From: Podarcis liolepis
Lineage: Eukaryota
Assembly: GCA_965112155.1 (NCBI GenBank)
Contig: OZ218112.1
DNA: 64,000 nucleotides
Direction: 5' to 3' (one strand)
Part shown: positions 22,781 to 37,851 of the stretch, piece after piece
Numbering within the stretch: position 1 is the stretch's first letter
Layout: every line of letters begins with the position of its first letter
The notes under the pieces: generated by a model
What the model was told of the DNA's origin: nothing
The model's database searches: none
What the model saw: the letters and a program-made list of their open reading frames with translations, nothing else
Position numbers and translations under genes: made by a program

Positions 22781-25700
22781 TAGGTCTGTTGAGAGGAAGT
22801 CCAATGAGAGAAAGAGATGGGGATTGCTCATCTGCAGAAATGTTAACTTTTCTGTTGACTAATGCTGAAGTAGAATTGCATTGGAGGTTTTGGTGCTGGA
22901 AGGGCAGAAACTTGACTGAAGCTAGCAGCTGGAAATGTTATCCATGAGGCCATGTCCCTTGACTGCCACTTTGGAGTCTATGTCCTTCTCTGTTTTACAG
23001 GAATAATGTGGCCCTGGGCAGCAGCTTGTGGGAGGGGTGTTTTTGATCAGGACTGCAATGCAGGGAGAAAGTGTTAAACCCTTCATTCCACTGGCAGCAG
23101 CCTTTACTGTTCTTCAAGATGAGATCTTGCCTCTTGTTTAGAAGGCTTTGCCTCTTGTTTAGAAGGCTTTGGTTAAAGCAGGCTGCATGCGTCCTTTGCT
23201 GTTAGTCCTTACATCCTGGCTACTCTGTAAAAGTTAACTTGAAACAACAACAACCTTCAAATTATTTAAGAGACACGCAAGTCTTGCGTATCAGTCTGCA
23301 AACTGGAATGAACCCTGATTCTGTGCCATTTCAATGAATTGCTTAGTTTTTGCTCCTGTGTGGTGAGATTTCAAGTTGAGGGCCTCACTATTGTGCACCA
23401 TTCACAAACAAAGGAACCAAGATGGTCATTTCAAGTAATATAGCCTTTCACATTTCCATTCAAACACAAACACTCATGTTTTGATTCTGATTGTAAGTAG
23501 AGAGATCTGTTATGTTCTAATGACTGGGATCATTTTTACTTGTTCCTCACCCACCCTCTCTGGCTGTGGGGGAGGGAGGCTGCATTCTCCACTTCAGAGA
23601 AAGGAACTCACCTAGCCAATGAAGGCAATGAGATGCCCAGGGCTGTTGGGTGGCACCATTTCCCCCCCCCCCGTCCTCTTTCAGAACTGGGCTGGCAAGT
23701 ACATAGGAGGGTGAGTACTCTCTGCTGCAAACATGCACCTGCACACACAGAGGGAGTTCAGGGCAGTGGGGTAATGAGCCATTCCTGAGGCCCCAGTCTG
23801 GAGCACAATAGGGAGGCATGTCCTTTACAACTCTTGACTGCATTTGCAAATAAAAGGGCTGTTTCTCTGGGCCACGCTTTGTTGCTGAAGATGCCATGGG
23901 AAGTTTTTGCCAAGGCCCCTGGTTTTTGTCTACCCTTCTTCACCCCTGCATGCCTGTCTCCTCTGCCTGGTGCAGCTGAAGCTTTATCTCCCATCTCTGC
24001 CTGGCTCTCCGTGGTGGCAGCAGCAGCAGCAGCCCCAGCCCATCAGCAGAGACTGGTCCCTGGGTGCGTGAGTGTGCCTTTCTCTTTCTGCTGCCGGCAG
24101 CGGGCCTTGGGAATGATGCAGTGCATTGTCTAGGCCTTCTGGGGTCCCCAAAGGCTGCCACGTCCTGCGTGCAGCAAGCAGGGATGTGAGGAGAGGAGTG
24201 GTGGCGGGAAGAAGGAGCTACCATCTCCCGTGGATTCCTCTTGTCTCCAAAAGTCTGCTCCTTTTGAGGGGAGAGGGGGGTGACAACAGGAGGGGAAACG
24301 GGTAGATGTTGTGCCCAGACCCGGCAGGATAGAGGTCCCTATAGGAGCGAGCGGAAGGCGGGAGGGACTCTGGTGCTCCTTGATGGGAAATGCAGTCTCT
24401 TTCTGCCTCGGTTTCCATGGCAACAGAACAGGCCTGGAATCTGAACTGCGGCTGCAGACAGGGGAGCTTTGTTCAGTCCAGGCAATGCTTTGTTCTGGCC
24501 CCAGCCTATCTCCTGCCCCCCAGCGTTGCAGGGTCTTTCTTACCTCCCTGCCTCACACTTTTCTACGCAGATTCCCTTGCGCGGTGGTGCAAGTATTTCA
24601 GGTTGCCAACGGCTTTGGCCGGGATGGGGGTGGGCATTTGTGTTGCAGCAGACCAGAGAGAGATGGTGGTGCTCAGGGCCACTAGTTTAAGTGTAGCCCT
24701 TTTTTTCTGCCACTAGCTTGCCTGCAGCCTGGAAAATCAGAATGGTTTGCTGCAAAGTGTGTAGGCAGATGATCCCCTCTGACCAGGGAATTGTGGCTCA
24801 GTCACAGTGACACCTGTGCAGAGTAGAAATGGAGGGGATAAATTCAGTTTGGTTCACATTGTAAAGCAAACCTGTGTACTTCATACTTCCCAAGACGCTA
24901 TGCAAACCAAAGCACTGCTATCCTCCAAAGTTTGTGCTTTCCCAAATATTGAAATGCAGTTCTCCAGCCAAAAGAAAAGTGCACAAGGAAGCAGAAACTA
25001 AGGGCAAATCTGCATTAAAATGCATATATTTCTGGAAATAACATGCAGAAATGTGTTGCATTGGGGGAACTGCTTGCAAAATCTTTACATTAGGATAAAT
25101 GAGGACTTTCCCCCCAAATATTTTTGCAAACTGATGTGGAAATACCAATGCACTGAACATTGCAAAAATGAAAACTTGGAAAAACAAATTGACAAAAGTC
25201 AGTCATTGCTTCTGTGATATAGGGCTAGGTGGCTGCGGCTGTTAGCCTGCGCTCTTGTGTGGATGGTTAAGGTCAGGGTTTTCTGTCTTCCAGAGGCAGT
25301 GGTGGGGAGCAGCATAATGGGTCCTGCAAGCTGAACTGATAACCTAGTTCTTCTGGGTAAAAATATGCTGGCTTGTCTTTGCTTGTGGCTGCTCCATGAG
25401 CCCATGGCTCCCTCTCTGCATATCCTTTGGCTTGCTCGTTTTCCAGCAAGCAATAACTTTTAAGATGAACACAGCCAAGTTTCTGTTCCCAGCTGTCTCC
25501 TGACAGCCATGCCAGTGATGGGCCTGCAAGGCAAAGAGCCCTTGGCTGTCTACATTTGGAAAACCAAGCTGGCCTCAGACAAGGGAAACTAGAAAGGTAG
25601 TCTGTGCTAGGTGGCTTTCCGGAGTGTGCATTCACAAGGGAAGTGAAAAATAAGGGATTTTTTTTATAAAAAGATGAAAGGGCTACTCATACTAGAACAC

Positions 25701-27183
25701 ATGTCTTTGATTCAGCAAGTGGCTCATTTATGCTTTCTGGAGCGCATGAAGAATGCTCAGGCATTAGAGAATAAAAGGCGTCCGTGGTGCCATGCGTGTG
25801 AACTTGCTAGGAGCCATCCTGTGATTTGCCAGGCAAAGAAGTAACTTGCTGAACTACCTCTCCGCAGTTCTCCTAAAGTAGCAATCTGCCTGCCTCCTCC
25901 ACAACACCACCCCGCAAAGTGATGGAAAGTTAAATGAGCCCTCCCTGTGGCGAATATTGTATCTATGCATTGCATGCAGAAAGTCCCAGTCTTTGGCAAC
26001 TGCAGTAGAAAAGATCAAACAAGTAGACAGGAAAGCCCCCCCCCCCCAACCCTCTATGTGCCTGATACCCTGGAGAGCTGCTGCCAGTCTGAGTAGGTGG
26101 TATATTGGGCTTGGTGCATCAACACTCCAAGGAAGCTTCATATGTTCATAGAAGGCTCTACTGCCATGAGCAACCAAGTTGTTGGCCAGATGAGATGGAC
26201 ACAGCCTCTTATCCCCAGGAACCTGGGGAAGATGGGGTGCTCCTCTCTGTCCCTTGCTAGGACTTCCCACTGCCCCACCAGCCTCTGCCACATGCATGTG
26301 AGCATGCTCACACCAATGTGCACGCACACACCTCTTCCTCCCCTCCCTCCTTCCCTCCTATGAACACACACTGGAATTGTGCATGTACAGCGTGGTTGGC
26401 AACGGGCAAGTGAGGGCCTTCTTGTTCACTGGCACCCATGTGCAAGCAACCGGTGACTTGAGTCTGATCACAAGGCATACACTGATCACGTATGCTGCTG
26501 CCCGTAAATGCACCCAACACTGCTGCCTCCCCAGGCAAAGGCAGCTGTGGCAGTTCTCTCTCCTTCCCCCACAACTTCTCCTCTGGTCTCTTGAGGGTTG
26601 TTGACTTTTCCAAGGGAACTGGTACCTCCCAAAACTCGGGCATCAGTCCCGGAGTCATCCCCGCCCCCCATGGGATAAGGAAGGGAACAGGCGGGTACCT
26701 GACCTGAAGCTGCAGTGTGGAGGGTCCCCATGGGTTCTATCAACCCCTCTCTTCCCATGCCTTCCTCGGGCCTGACTTCCAGAATCCCCTGCCTGGAAGA
26801 GGGCAGGCAGGTGAGCACCCTGAAGGAGGTGTCCCTGCTTGCCCTTCTCCCCTTGCTGTGAGTAGCCTCTTGCCTCACCTGGAAATGGAAGGGAAACTGC
26901 TCCGGACAGTCCCTGCCTCCCCCCCCCCCCAGTGCTGCTTTTGGAGGTCAGAGAGAGTGGGGGGCAAAAAGATGCTTTTTAGTGTGGAGCCCAAGCGCTA
27001 CCCAGGTAACGTGCCACCTTCTCTGCAATCATGCTATTTTTGAATTCTCTTTTTGTTTCTTTTTTCTTTTGTTTCTCTTTTTCTTCCTTTTTTGTTTTTC
27101 TTCCCTTCCCCCCACCCTCCTCTTCATTTTCTCCCCCCCCCCCTTTTTTTTGTTCTGTCTCCTTCATGTTTGGTCCCCCCCAG

Positions 27184-27246
27184 GCGGCTCCAGCGCTAAG
27201 AAACAGGGCGAGGACTTAGCGGATAATGACGGGGATGAAGACGAAG
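27184..27246 (+). CDS. NLGN3: NLGN3 alternative exon A2 ([21 protein letters not shown])
   Basis: 63-nt symmetric phase-1 exon after a ~140-nt polypyrimidine tract; cccag| ... GAAG|gtattt; matches the acidic A2 insert. Confidence 0.93.
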
Positions 27247-29405
27247 GTATTTGTGTGCGCGCCAGGTGGCTGTGGCTGCATGAACCTGCTCTCTTTCTCT
27301 CTTTCTCTCTCACGCTTTCCTTTTCATGCGCGCTCCTCATTTGCTGCCATCCCAGGAAGTCCCCGCTGGTTTTTTCTTTTTGTGTGTGTGTCTTTCTGTC
27401 TCCTTGTGCTGAGCAGCTGCATGGGAGGGGCATGGTGGTGATGCTCTCTGAGCCTCGGCCTCCTCTTCCAGGGAGGTGGGCAGGGTGGGCAGGCAGGGGG
27501 CAGTGAAGGAGGGAGATGGAAGGGGCACCCAGCTCTGGGCGTGTGGTTGCTTATGGGAACCTGCTCACTGCCCCCATCCCCAACCCCACCTTGTCTCACA
27601 TGGTGAGCTGGGATAAATGTTACATACCAGCTGTCGCCAATCTCCTGTTTGGACAAAAAGGTGTCCCCTTTGGATTTCCTGCTCAGCAGGTCTGGTCTCC
27701 CAAAGGCCTGCTGCCTGCTGGCTTGTTGCAGGGAGCATGTATTGTGGTCGCAGGAGAAGGCTCAGGTCTGAAGAACCTCTGTGCACCCTGCAACCAGCAA
27801 TGCATGTCTCTCACTGCTCTTTCTCTCTGTTTCTCTCTCTCACACTTGACACCTGCCCCCCACCCCCAGGAGGGAGAGTAGCCTTCCACTCAGCTGTGCC
27901 TGCCAGCATCTTTTTCCAAAGCAACTATACCTGGAGGGGTGGGGAACAGGATTGAGCCCCTCTGACGCAAACAGCCTCTCTCATGTTGGTCAGAAGGGGC
28001 TGTGCATCTGCCAGGGGCAGGAGGACATTGTCACCTGACTGTTGCCAAAAAATTGCTGAAAAGAGACTTGTTCTTTTTTGCACCCAGGCAGGCATCCTGA
28101 GGACGCACCATCCTGTTGCCAAGAGGGCAGACAAAGCGATCAGGAGATGCAGAATCTGGGGGATGGGGGATGGGGACAGACCTTCATGTGCCCAAGGTCC
28201 AGGTCAAATCACTCTGCAGCAGATGGAATGCTCACACCAACACCCAGGTGTGGAGGATGAAGCTGTCCTTAGGCAGTGGCTATATTTAGGGCAGGTAGCT
28301 GCAGTGGATGATGGAGAAGCCAGAGACTGCAGCAGGCCATCCCAGGCCCCCTCCTGAATTACAAGATGTGCACCTCTTTGGGGCACTGGCAGATTCATTG
28401 CAATGAAGAACTCACTCATGAATTAATTGCGTGCGTGTGCAGCCACCTTTCAACAGCCGGAGCTACTAAACCTGGAACCAACAGTCGCAAGTAGCCATCT
28501 GACATTTCCCCAGATGCCGTGCAATAACCACAGAATGGTTGCCAGTCTGGGAGACTGTAGCCAGGACTGTTATGCCTGGTCATTGGCTCTGCTGTTTGGG
28601 ACTGGTGGGAATTTAAATCCACAGCATCTGGAAGGCTCAAGTTGGATACCATTGCATACCTTGTGGTGTAGTCCTTTGAAAGAGCACATGGTAACTCGCC
28701 TACCACTCACCACTCCTGATCCATAATCAATCAAGGGATAAGCTTGTCTTCCTTGATGGGCACAAAATTTTACAAAACAGCTACCACACTGGGGACACAC
28801 TGTAAGCCCCATTGTATTGGTTCACTCTTTGGGTACGCTGAAAATGTCAAGAGACATTCAACCATTTTCCAGATGCCTCTCCCGGCTTTCCCCCCGTATG
28901 GGTTCATGATGCTTTGGGGAGCATTATGTGTTTCCTTCTAGGTGGTAACTTCCCAACTGTTTCCACCACCCTTATCAGGGCACTGAGGCATCAGCTGGAG
29001 GCTGCGAAGCCACCATAAGACTGTGTCTGTAACCTCCAGACACCAGCAGAATGGAAACCAGGCATGAACAGCATTCTGCATCATGGAAGGTTTCGGAGGT
29101 GTTGCAATGATATATTGGAGGCAAGTGGGCGGGCGGGCGGGCATTGAGATCATTCCCACTGTTGACAAGGACCTGTAGCTTCACTTCAGACTGATGAACT
29201 CGACCTCCACCCAGCTGTACCCATGTTGGAAGCTGATTATCAGACTTGCCTTTTTTCCCAGCAGGGGGTCAAAATTCTGAGTTCTTCATGAAACACCACT
29301 GTGATAAGTCATTTCACCAACCCCATGGAGCAACTTCACCATCCATGATGGTGGGCAGCTTCTGTGAAAAACAAACAGACTTGGAGAGCCATTCCAGGAG
29401 CCAAC

Positions 29406-30338
29406 GCTCTTCTTTCTTCCCCTTCCCTCTCTGCTGCAATGGAGGACTCCATAACCTGAACTTGTTTCAGAGCTCAGAAGGCCAGCAGCTTCCATTTGAG
29501 CTTGTTGTGAATTCCTGCTGGAGGTCCATTGCTTGGTGGCACAGCGTCCTCTTTGCCTGGAGAAGGTCCAGGGTTCAATCCTTACCATCTCATGGTGGGT
29601 CTGGGAGAAACCCTTGCCTGAAACCTGAGAGCTGCTGACAGTCAGGGTGGACCAGTGGCCTGGCTCAGGATAAGGCTGTTTCCTACATTCTCACCATCTT
29701 CCTAGCGGATTCTCAAGGATGCTGCTCCAGGACCAGCCCTCAACCTCAACCTTCAGGCCTCGGTTTGGGTTTTTGGGGCAGGATTTGATGATGAGTTCCC
29801 GGATGGAGTGTTGGAAGCTTCCGGAGGTCTGGACCCTTCAGGAGCAATGCTGACGCTTTGTCCTTTTTGTCTTGTTTGCTACCTTTCTGCTTCTGGACTT
29901 GACCTGCTTTGGCTGCAAGGCCCCCCCACCCCACCCGCCCAGTCTGTTTGGGCCAAAGTTGTATGCAGGGACCTCTACCATACAAAGACTAAATTAGGCA
30001 GTGCACTTCTTTCTGAGTCCCTGTGCTGCTCTCCCCTCCCTCGTGGCTGTTCTGAGAACGTCAGCAATAAGCCCCTGGATAGAACCACAAGGGTCCTCGC
30101 TGAGCTGTTATTTGGGGGGACAGGTGGCTACTGAGAACAGGGCTTCCTTCAGTCAATTGCATCGCCTCTCAATTGGATTTCAAAGAAAGCTCCCCCCACC
30201 CCTTCTGTCCATGCCTGGTGTACCCCGCGCAATGTAGGCCTCCCTGTTAGGGCGCTTTGGTCTGTGCATGTTGGAGTGAGGGGTCTGGTGCCCGTGGGTC
30301 ACCTTGGCAGGTGTAGAGTCCGGCTCCGTGAAGCTGGG
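29406..30338 (+). repeat. Intronic copy of a ~0.95-kb inverted segmental duplication (partner 54039-55017)
   Basis: Reverse complement aligns almost exactly by eye; the ORF track gives identical or near-identical spurious peptides (29746-29985 vs 54391-54630). Confidence 0.95.
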
Positions 30339-30487
30339 TCAGGCACAGCTGTTATGGATGCAATGGGGCCATGAGAGCAGAATGGGTGGGCTCTTTGGGA
30401 GGAGGTGTTCCGAAGCCTCTTCCCAGTACAAAGCTTGCTTGTGATGGATGTGTTGTCTTTAAGGAGCAACACCCACACCCACCCACC

Positions 30488-30535
<48 letters not shown>

Positions 30536-31109
30536 AATGGAGGCTGAGCAAGGTGGGATCACTCTGGTGCAAGCCCTTTCTGGCAGCATCTGTGGAAAGG
30601 GCTGGTTCCCTGGCAGAGCGAAGAGGCTGTGTTTGCTTTCTGTCCTCTCCCTCTGGCCCTGAGACCTTATTGGCCCCAATCATCCCACCTTTCAAATCAC
30701 CCTCTTATCACACAAATCTGGGGGGAGGGAGCGGGCTGCCCATTTCCCTTCCTGGCTCCCCATGCCCCCTCCCAGGGGAGGCAACGCAAACCACAATGGT
30801 TTATTCACAAGGTGGAACGCTGGTCCTGCGCCGGCCACCCCTGGCCCTATTCCATCCTGGGTCTGGCTTTGGAAGTGCAGCATTTTGAGACTCAACCGAG
30901 CTGTGCGTCCTGCCAAGTCCTCAGGGTTTCCTCATGCTGGCTGCCTTGCTGGAAAAGTCATTGGTCTGAGCATCAGCCCGGGGTCTCTCTGGATGCAGGT
31001 GGGTGGGCTGGGCCTCTTTCCCCACGCCCCTGTGCCAGGAGCTGCCCCCCCCCATTGGCTCAATGAGGCTGGAGGTGAGGAGGTGGTTCTGTCGGACTCC
31101 TGTCTCTAG

Positions 31110-31349
<240 letters not shown>

Positions 31350-33205
31350 TAGGCCATGAGCATCTAGATGGGCAGAGATGCTTCGACCTGTGCCTTCAAG
31401 ACCAGAGTGGGTCAGAATCTGGGTGACCCAACTTCCCTGCTGGGCCAAAGGCATGCTGGTTTCCTTGTGGCTTCTCTTGACACGTGAGAGTCACATTGGT
31501 GGATGGCCACAACCGCAGCCATTCAGCAAGTTGTCCTTGCCTATCTCCATCATATCCTCGTATGCTCCTTTCCATGTTGGGAGCAAACTTTGCAAGGATG
31601 AGGAAGGGAGTGTCCTGTTCTGCTCTGCATGGAGCTGGTGCCTGGATACAAGCAAGACTGTTCAAACCCGCCTTCTTCTCAGTAGCCACCCCTTCCCCCC
31701 AAATGCTATGCTTCATGCTGACCCCCACCACCCCAGGACCTGGCCTGGCGAATTGAACTGAACCTTTTATCGCTTAGAGCCTTAGCTCTATCGCAGTCCG
31801 ATACCCACAGAAATATGGTCAATTTAACACATTGCACCAGGAACATTCCATCAGATGATATGCATAAGGAAAAGAAGGGGGGGAATTAAAATAAGACTTC
31901 CTCTCCAGAACAAAAGGGACATCATATAAATTAGTGCATGCTGGAGCAAAAGAACATCCCACCCGCCCTTCTAGGTTGGATTGTTTCTAATGTCTCGCCC
32001 TTAATTTTCTAGCAGCCAGAGCATTTTGCAACCTCGATACTAATAAATACACCATCACCTCCTGGCAGTATACATATCTGTGAAGGGTGGGAAGGGCATG
32101 TCTGACCAGGTGTTTATTCCAAATGTTTGAGGGGTGCAGATATTGCCCCAATGATGTTTCCTTGGCAGGGGACCCTCTTGCCTTCTTCCACCCCTGCCCA
32201 ACTGCTCTACCTACGTGCCAAAGGCATGTTGAGGAGGTGTGGTGGAGGAAGGTCCCCTGCCCCATACCTGCTGTCTAGCTGGCGTGGGGGCATTTCTCCA
32301 TGGGCAACGTGTCTCCAGCACAGACCCTCCATTTCTCTCCAAGCTAGAAGCTGTGGCAGTGGCCGCCGGCTGTGCAGAAGGGCGTTAAGTCCCTTGCTTG
32401 GGAATTCTTTCTCATTTACACATCCTGACACAGCACAGAGCAAATATTGATCTGCGGTTAAATATTGAATAAACGTGTTTACTCACCTCCTCCCTCCTGC
32501 GGGGCCTGGCAAGCGCCGCTAATGAGCTGCACCAGAGGGAGTATTCTGTGTCCCCATCGCTGGGGTGCAGCCAAGCCTCCTCTGGAAATGGACTGGCAAT
32601 GGCTGATCGCTAAAGGGGCAACATTGCTAGACCTTTTGGGGGACCTGAGGCGGCTTCCACGTTCCTTTGCATTCTGAATATGGGCCTTCCCTTTTCCCGA
32701 AGGGAGTCTTGCTCACTGTACCCTGGAGCTAAGTCTGCCCTACAAAAAAGCAAACAAGCCACCCTCCCTAACAAGCCCTACCCGAGGACCTGTTTCTTCT
32801 GCACCGGAAGACAGAGGGACCGTGGCCACTGTTCATGGCAACTGCATCTCTGATTTTGTGGGTGCCTGTGTGGTAATCTGGAGCACTGTCTGGAAATAAG
32901 ATACATTTGCTACTTTAAAAGAAGATTTTAGTAAGTTGGCAGCCCTTCTAAGCAGGAGCACTAGGGTCAACTGGTGCATTTTGCATCTCTAGCAAATTAA
33001 TGTTTGTTAGAGACATTTGCTCTTAAGATATATATCACATACAATAAGTAAATAAAAACAAGTATCACACAGCATTCATAACTACATGGGGAGGAAAGGC
33101 CTGGGCCAGAAACCAAAGGAAATACCCACCATAAAATCAGGGGAGAAGAACAAACCCCACCTAGCTGATTATGATTCATCGGGGTGTGGGTGTGTATGTA
33201 TATAT

Positions 33206-33252
<47 letters not shown>

Positions 33253-34065
33253 CACAAAAAAGTAAAACATCCCACTTGACTCACTAGTGTTCAAGAGCTG
33301 CTTTTCTACTTTTCTAAATGTTGCCCAAAAGCGGCCTGCAGGAAAGTACGTCTATAAAATATATCAATTGCTCCAAAAAAAGGGGGAAAGGGCATCCAAA
33401 AGGAACCAGATAAAAATTCCCCCAACAGGCTAGCTGCTTTGTTCAGTGCGCCAAAGTACGGAAAGGCTCTGACCTAGTTAAGACCTGGAGGCCTTAGATT
33501 CCCTCGGCAGGCCCAAGATGGCAGAGGGGGCCTGGGTCAGCTGTGAGGGAATAGAGGACAAGTCTTGACCCCAGACAAGGGTCTTGTTTCCCTGCTGCTA
33601 GCTGCCCCCTCTCACAGAGGCTGACTTGTTTTGACCCAACACCCACACAAACACAAACCATCAGTTCTTCCAAAATACGGTGGCTCGTTCCTGAGGCAAG
33701 CCCTCCAAAATGGCCGTACGCCACAGGCAGATACCAAAAGAGCCACAGCCGCATGCAGAGCAGACTGCGCCCATTTGTTCTTCTTGGCTGTGTATGCACC
33801 GTACATTTAAAGCACATTAACTCCACCACCACCCAAAGGAATCCCAGTAACTCTACAGTTTGTTACGCATGCTGAGAATGGCAGTTCTGTGGGGGTAAAT
33901 GACAAGTCCCCAAGATTCTTTGGGCCAGGGTGAGGAGGTGCGCTTCAAATGCACGGTGTGGGGGATCTCTGCAATATTGAGAGGGGATGGAGGGAAGGGG
34001 TCAGTTGCAGCTGAGAAACTGGGACCCATGGCAGTGGCCTTTGCCCTTTGCAGTGCGTAGCATGA

Positions 34066-34482
<417 letters not shown>

Positions 34483-34834
34483 TGAGGGGTAAGCTGCAGC
34501 TCCCAGGATTCTTTGTGCACCTCCCATTGATGCATTACCTCCTCTTGGAATGGCAGGTTCCAGGGTTCTAAACCGGTATGTGTATGCCTCTTTGCTCTTG
34601 TTAAAGTAATTCTGAATTAACGCTCACATAATCTTGACTGCAAAGATATACCATAGGCGTTGGCAGATCAGGCTCTACTTGTAGAGGTTTGGGCAATTTG
34701 CAAGGATTTCTGACTCCTAATTGTTCTAACAATATCAGTCACAAATTAGTGCCCTCCACTCAAAATGAGACTGTCAAAGAGACCTTGGGGTAAATAGGGG
34801 GAAAAAATTGTGTGGGAATTTGTAATGTTCTGTT

Positions 34835-34884
34835 GAAAGCCGCCCAGAGTGGCGGGGGAAACCCAGCCAGATGGGCGGGGTAGA

Positions 34885-34945
<61 letters not shown>
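34835..34945 (+). mobile_element. L2-like LINE 3' end with expanded (AAT)n tail; related tails ~37750-37850, ~46825-46920, 58629-58990(-)
   Basis: aagccgcccagagtggc...acccagccagatgggcggggtagaaat followed by (AAT)~20. Confidence 0.55.
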
Positions 34946-34948
<3 letters not shown>

Positions 34949-37393
34949 TATTGTTATTGTTGTTATTGTTATTATTGTTAATACAGTGGCCTTTGCTCAG
35001 TCCTGGTGTTCAGAACAAAACCTCGTTTTTAACCCAGCAAGTGCTGAGAGGCACCATGCCCTTAAGTGTGTGGCTCTTGTACCTTGGTCCAGATCTTGGA
35101 GATCTAAGTAAATGCAAAGTAGATTCAGGAAAGAAGGAGTGGCTCATGGTAACAAAGGCTTCTGAAAGTGTCGGCACTGAGGGATCAGGAAGTGCCTAAG
35201 CTGCTCCTCTGCTTTACAGGAAACGGGTAAATGAAATTAACAAGCAATCTATCTGAAAGGTTGCATAGGTACAACAGTGCAAATCCACATATATATGTGA
35301 GAGGCAGAGGACAGACAAAGTATTTCTTTGTGCAGTGCATAGTTAAACTGCAGGACTTGATCCCAAAGGAAGCAGGGATGGCTACGAACTTGGATGGCTT
35401 TCAAAGATGATTAGACAAAGTCGTGGAAGATAAGACCATCAGCGGCCACTAGCCAGAGTCCACTGTCAGAGGCAGCAATGCTTCCGAATACCAGTTGCTA
35501 GAAATATCAGGGTCCTGCTGGCGGGTTTCCTGCAGGCACCTGGTTCTTCTTAAGTTCTTCTGCACGTTTGTAATATATTTTAACCAAGTTAAAAACTCCT
35601 GTTTGGAATGGTTTGGAAAGAGGGTTAGCATTCTACATTTGATATTTCTCTTAGAAAACCTCTGTAATGAGGATGATTCTCCGGGTGCTGAGTTTGGTGC
35701 CCGGTGCTGTGCTTTGCACACTTGCAAAGAAATGAAAACACATTTCTTGCTGGTGTGGAATGGTTTGGCGGTAGAGTTCAAATGTGGCAGAGGGAACTGT
35801 TCGTGTGAGAAGAAGAAAAAAGGAGCTGGGTGGACTGAAGATGGTCTGAGGACCTTCCTAGGGTCAGATTCATACCAAGCATGAGGAGTTGAACAGAGGC
35901 ATGCAAAACTCCTGAGCCCCAGAGGGAGCCACGCTGAAAGAAATGTTGGCTGTATAATGGGCCTAAAGGGGAAATCAGCAGCAGTGATGGGAAACAGCTT
36001 GATAGCCCATGAAATAGCCAAGGCTGATAGGGGTTAAAAGTGCTGTAGAGGCATTTTTCAAGTCTAAAAAGAACAGCTGCAGCAGGTCAGGTCTGTTGTG
36101 AGATGTTTCTGCTCAGCTTCGGCAAAGAACCAGAGCAGCCCATCCATCCATTCCAAGTGACCTTGTAAAACAGGTCTGGAAGCTTGCCATGCATAACTAA
36201 GGAAGCTGTGAACAAAATACCTGCTTAATATTTTATTTTTATTTGTATTTTACAAAACCTGTAGGGCTGACTAATGCAATACTCAAGAGTTTTAATTAGG
36301 TCAAAGGCTTCACGCTCTCACTTACTCTAAATCCTGGCTGGCAGGTTGCAGTGAGAGTATCTTACAATTGAAGCAAAGGTTGGGCAGAATGAGGTTAGTA
36401 AACTGACCGTGCAAACCGGCAGAGCTGATTCAAGGCTAGGTCATCAAGAACATTCTGTCTTAAGACAGATGGGTGCCAACATCAAGAACATCACAGGCAC
36501 CAGTACAAGCCCCGGTGGCGCTATTGGTACTGCTGTTGTTTGAGTGTGAACAAGTTGTCAGCAGACCCTATTGGGCAGTGCGTGTGACATCACCAAAGAC
36601 ATCACATAGCAGATACATCAGTGCTTTGCATAACTTTTTTAGAAGGGTATTGGGTCCATGTATTAACTGACCCAGCAATCATATGATCTGTTTTTACAGA
36701 TTGAAGAAAGTAATGCCATGCCACTTTCCTTCTCAGCACTGTCTCACAATTTAAGAGCTATTTTAATTGGGCCGCAGTTAACTAGACCAGAAGCTGCTTG
36801 ACTCTGGTGTAGTTAATTTCATCTTTCCATTGACTTGTTTGGGGCTAGGAAACAGCTGCAATGCAGAATCAGAAATTCTGCTAGGAATTTGAATTTGCAG
36901 GGTTGTTGTTGGTCTTCTGGAATGTGACCTATGTGTGCATGAGTCTCTGGATGCATGTGTGGAATGGACTGTGCTTGTGCCTTGTGCTATTTTCCAGAAT
37001 GAAAACCCAAACTGGCTGCTGCTAAAAGAGATAGAGCAGGATGGAGGCTGTCAGTCATTTCTGTCTGTGAGCTTGCACTATGGAAGAGGCTGACTTAGAA
37101 AAGGCTCATAGCTTAGTGGAAAGCATATCATTTGTGTGCCTAAAATCTCAGAATCAGTCTACCCCAGTTAAAATGTTCTTGGGCAACAGGGCTAGGAAAC
37201 ACCTTTGTCCAAGTTGACCTCTGAGAACCATTGTCAGAGATGACAGGAGCGAGCCAATGCAGGTGACCTAGATATAAGGCAGTTTCTTATATCCTTATAT
37301 TTATGTTTTAGCAGCAGTTTTGTAAATAAGGAGAAGCATTAATGAGTCTTTCATGATCCATGATTCTTTGCCTTTCACTGCATGGATCTTCAG

Positions 37394-37432
<39 letters not shown>

Positions 37433-37787
37433 TTAATGGAATATGTAAATGGAAACTGAATTAGCAAGACGGGAGTGGGGCACGTATTAACTCTCGCCTC
37501 GCGAATTTTTCTAGACCCTGTACTCGTCATCTGAGGCTCTTCTCTGTGTCCTCGCCTCCCTAAGAGGTTCAGAGGGTGACAACACAATAGTGGGCCATTT
37601 CTGCAGTGGCTCCCCATCGGTGGAATGCTCTCTCTAGAGAAACTCACCTGGCGCCATCATTGCAGGACTTTAGGTGCCAGGTGAAAACTTTCCTCTTTAC
37701 CCAGACCTTTGGTCATTATTATTATTCTGTGTAAATTATTTTTTTAATGTTGTACACCACCCTGGGATCTTTGGATAAAGGGTGGTT

Positions 37788-37851
<64 letters not shown>

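Noticed and set aside
29746-30237. Duplicated small gene (matching peptides at 54140-54630)
   Set aside because: Identity reflects the recent DNA duplication; a 1-nt indel shifts the frame between copies and no domain is evident.
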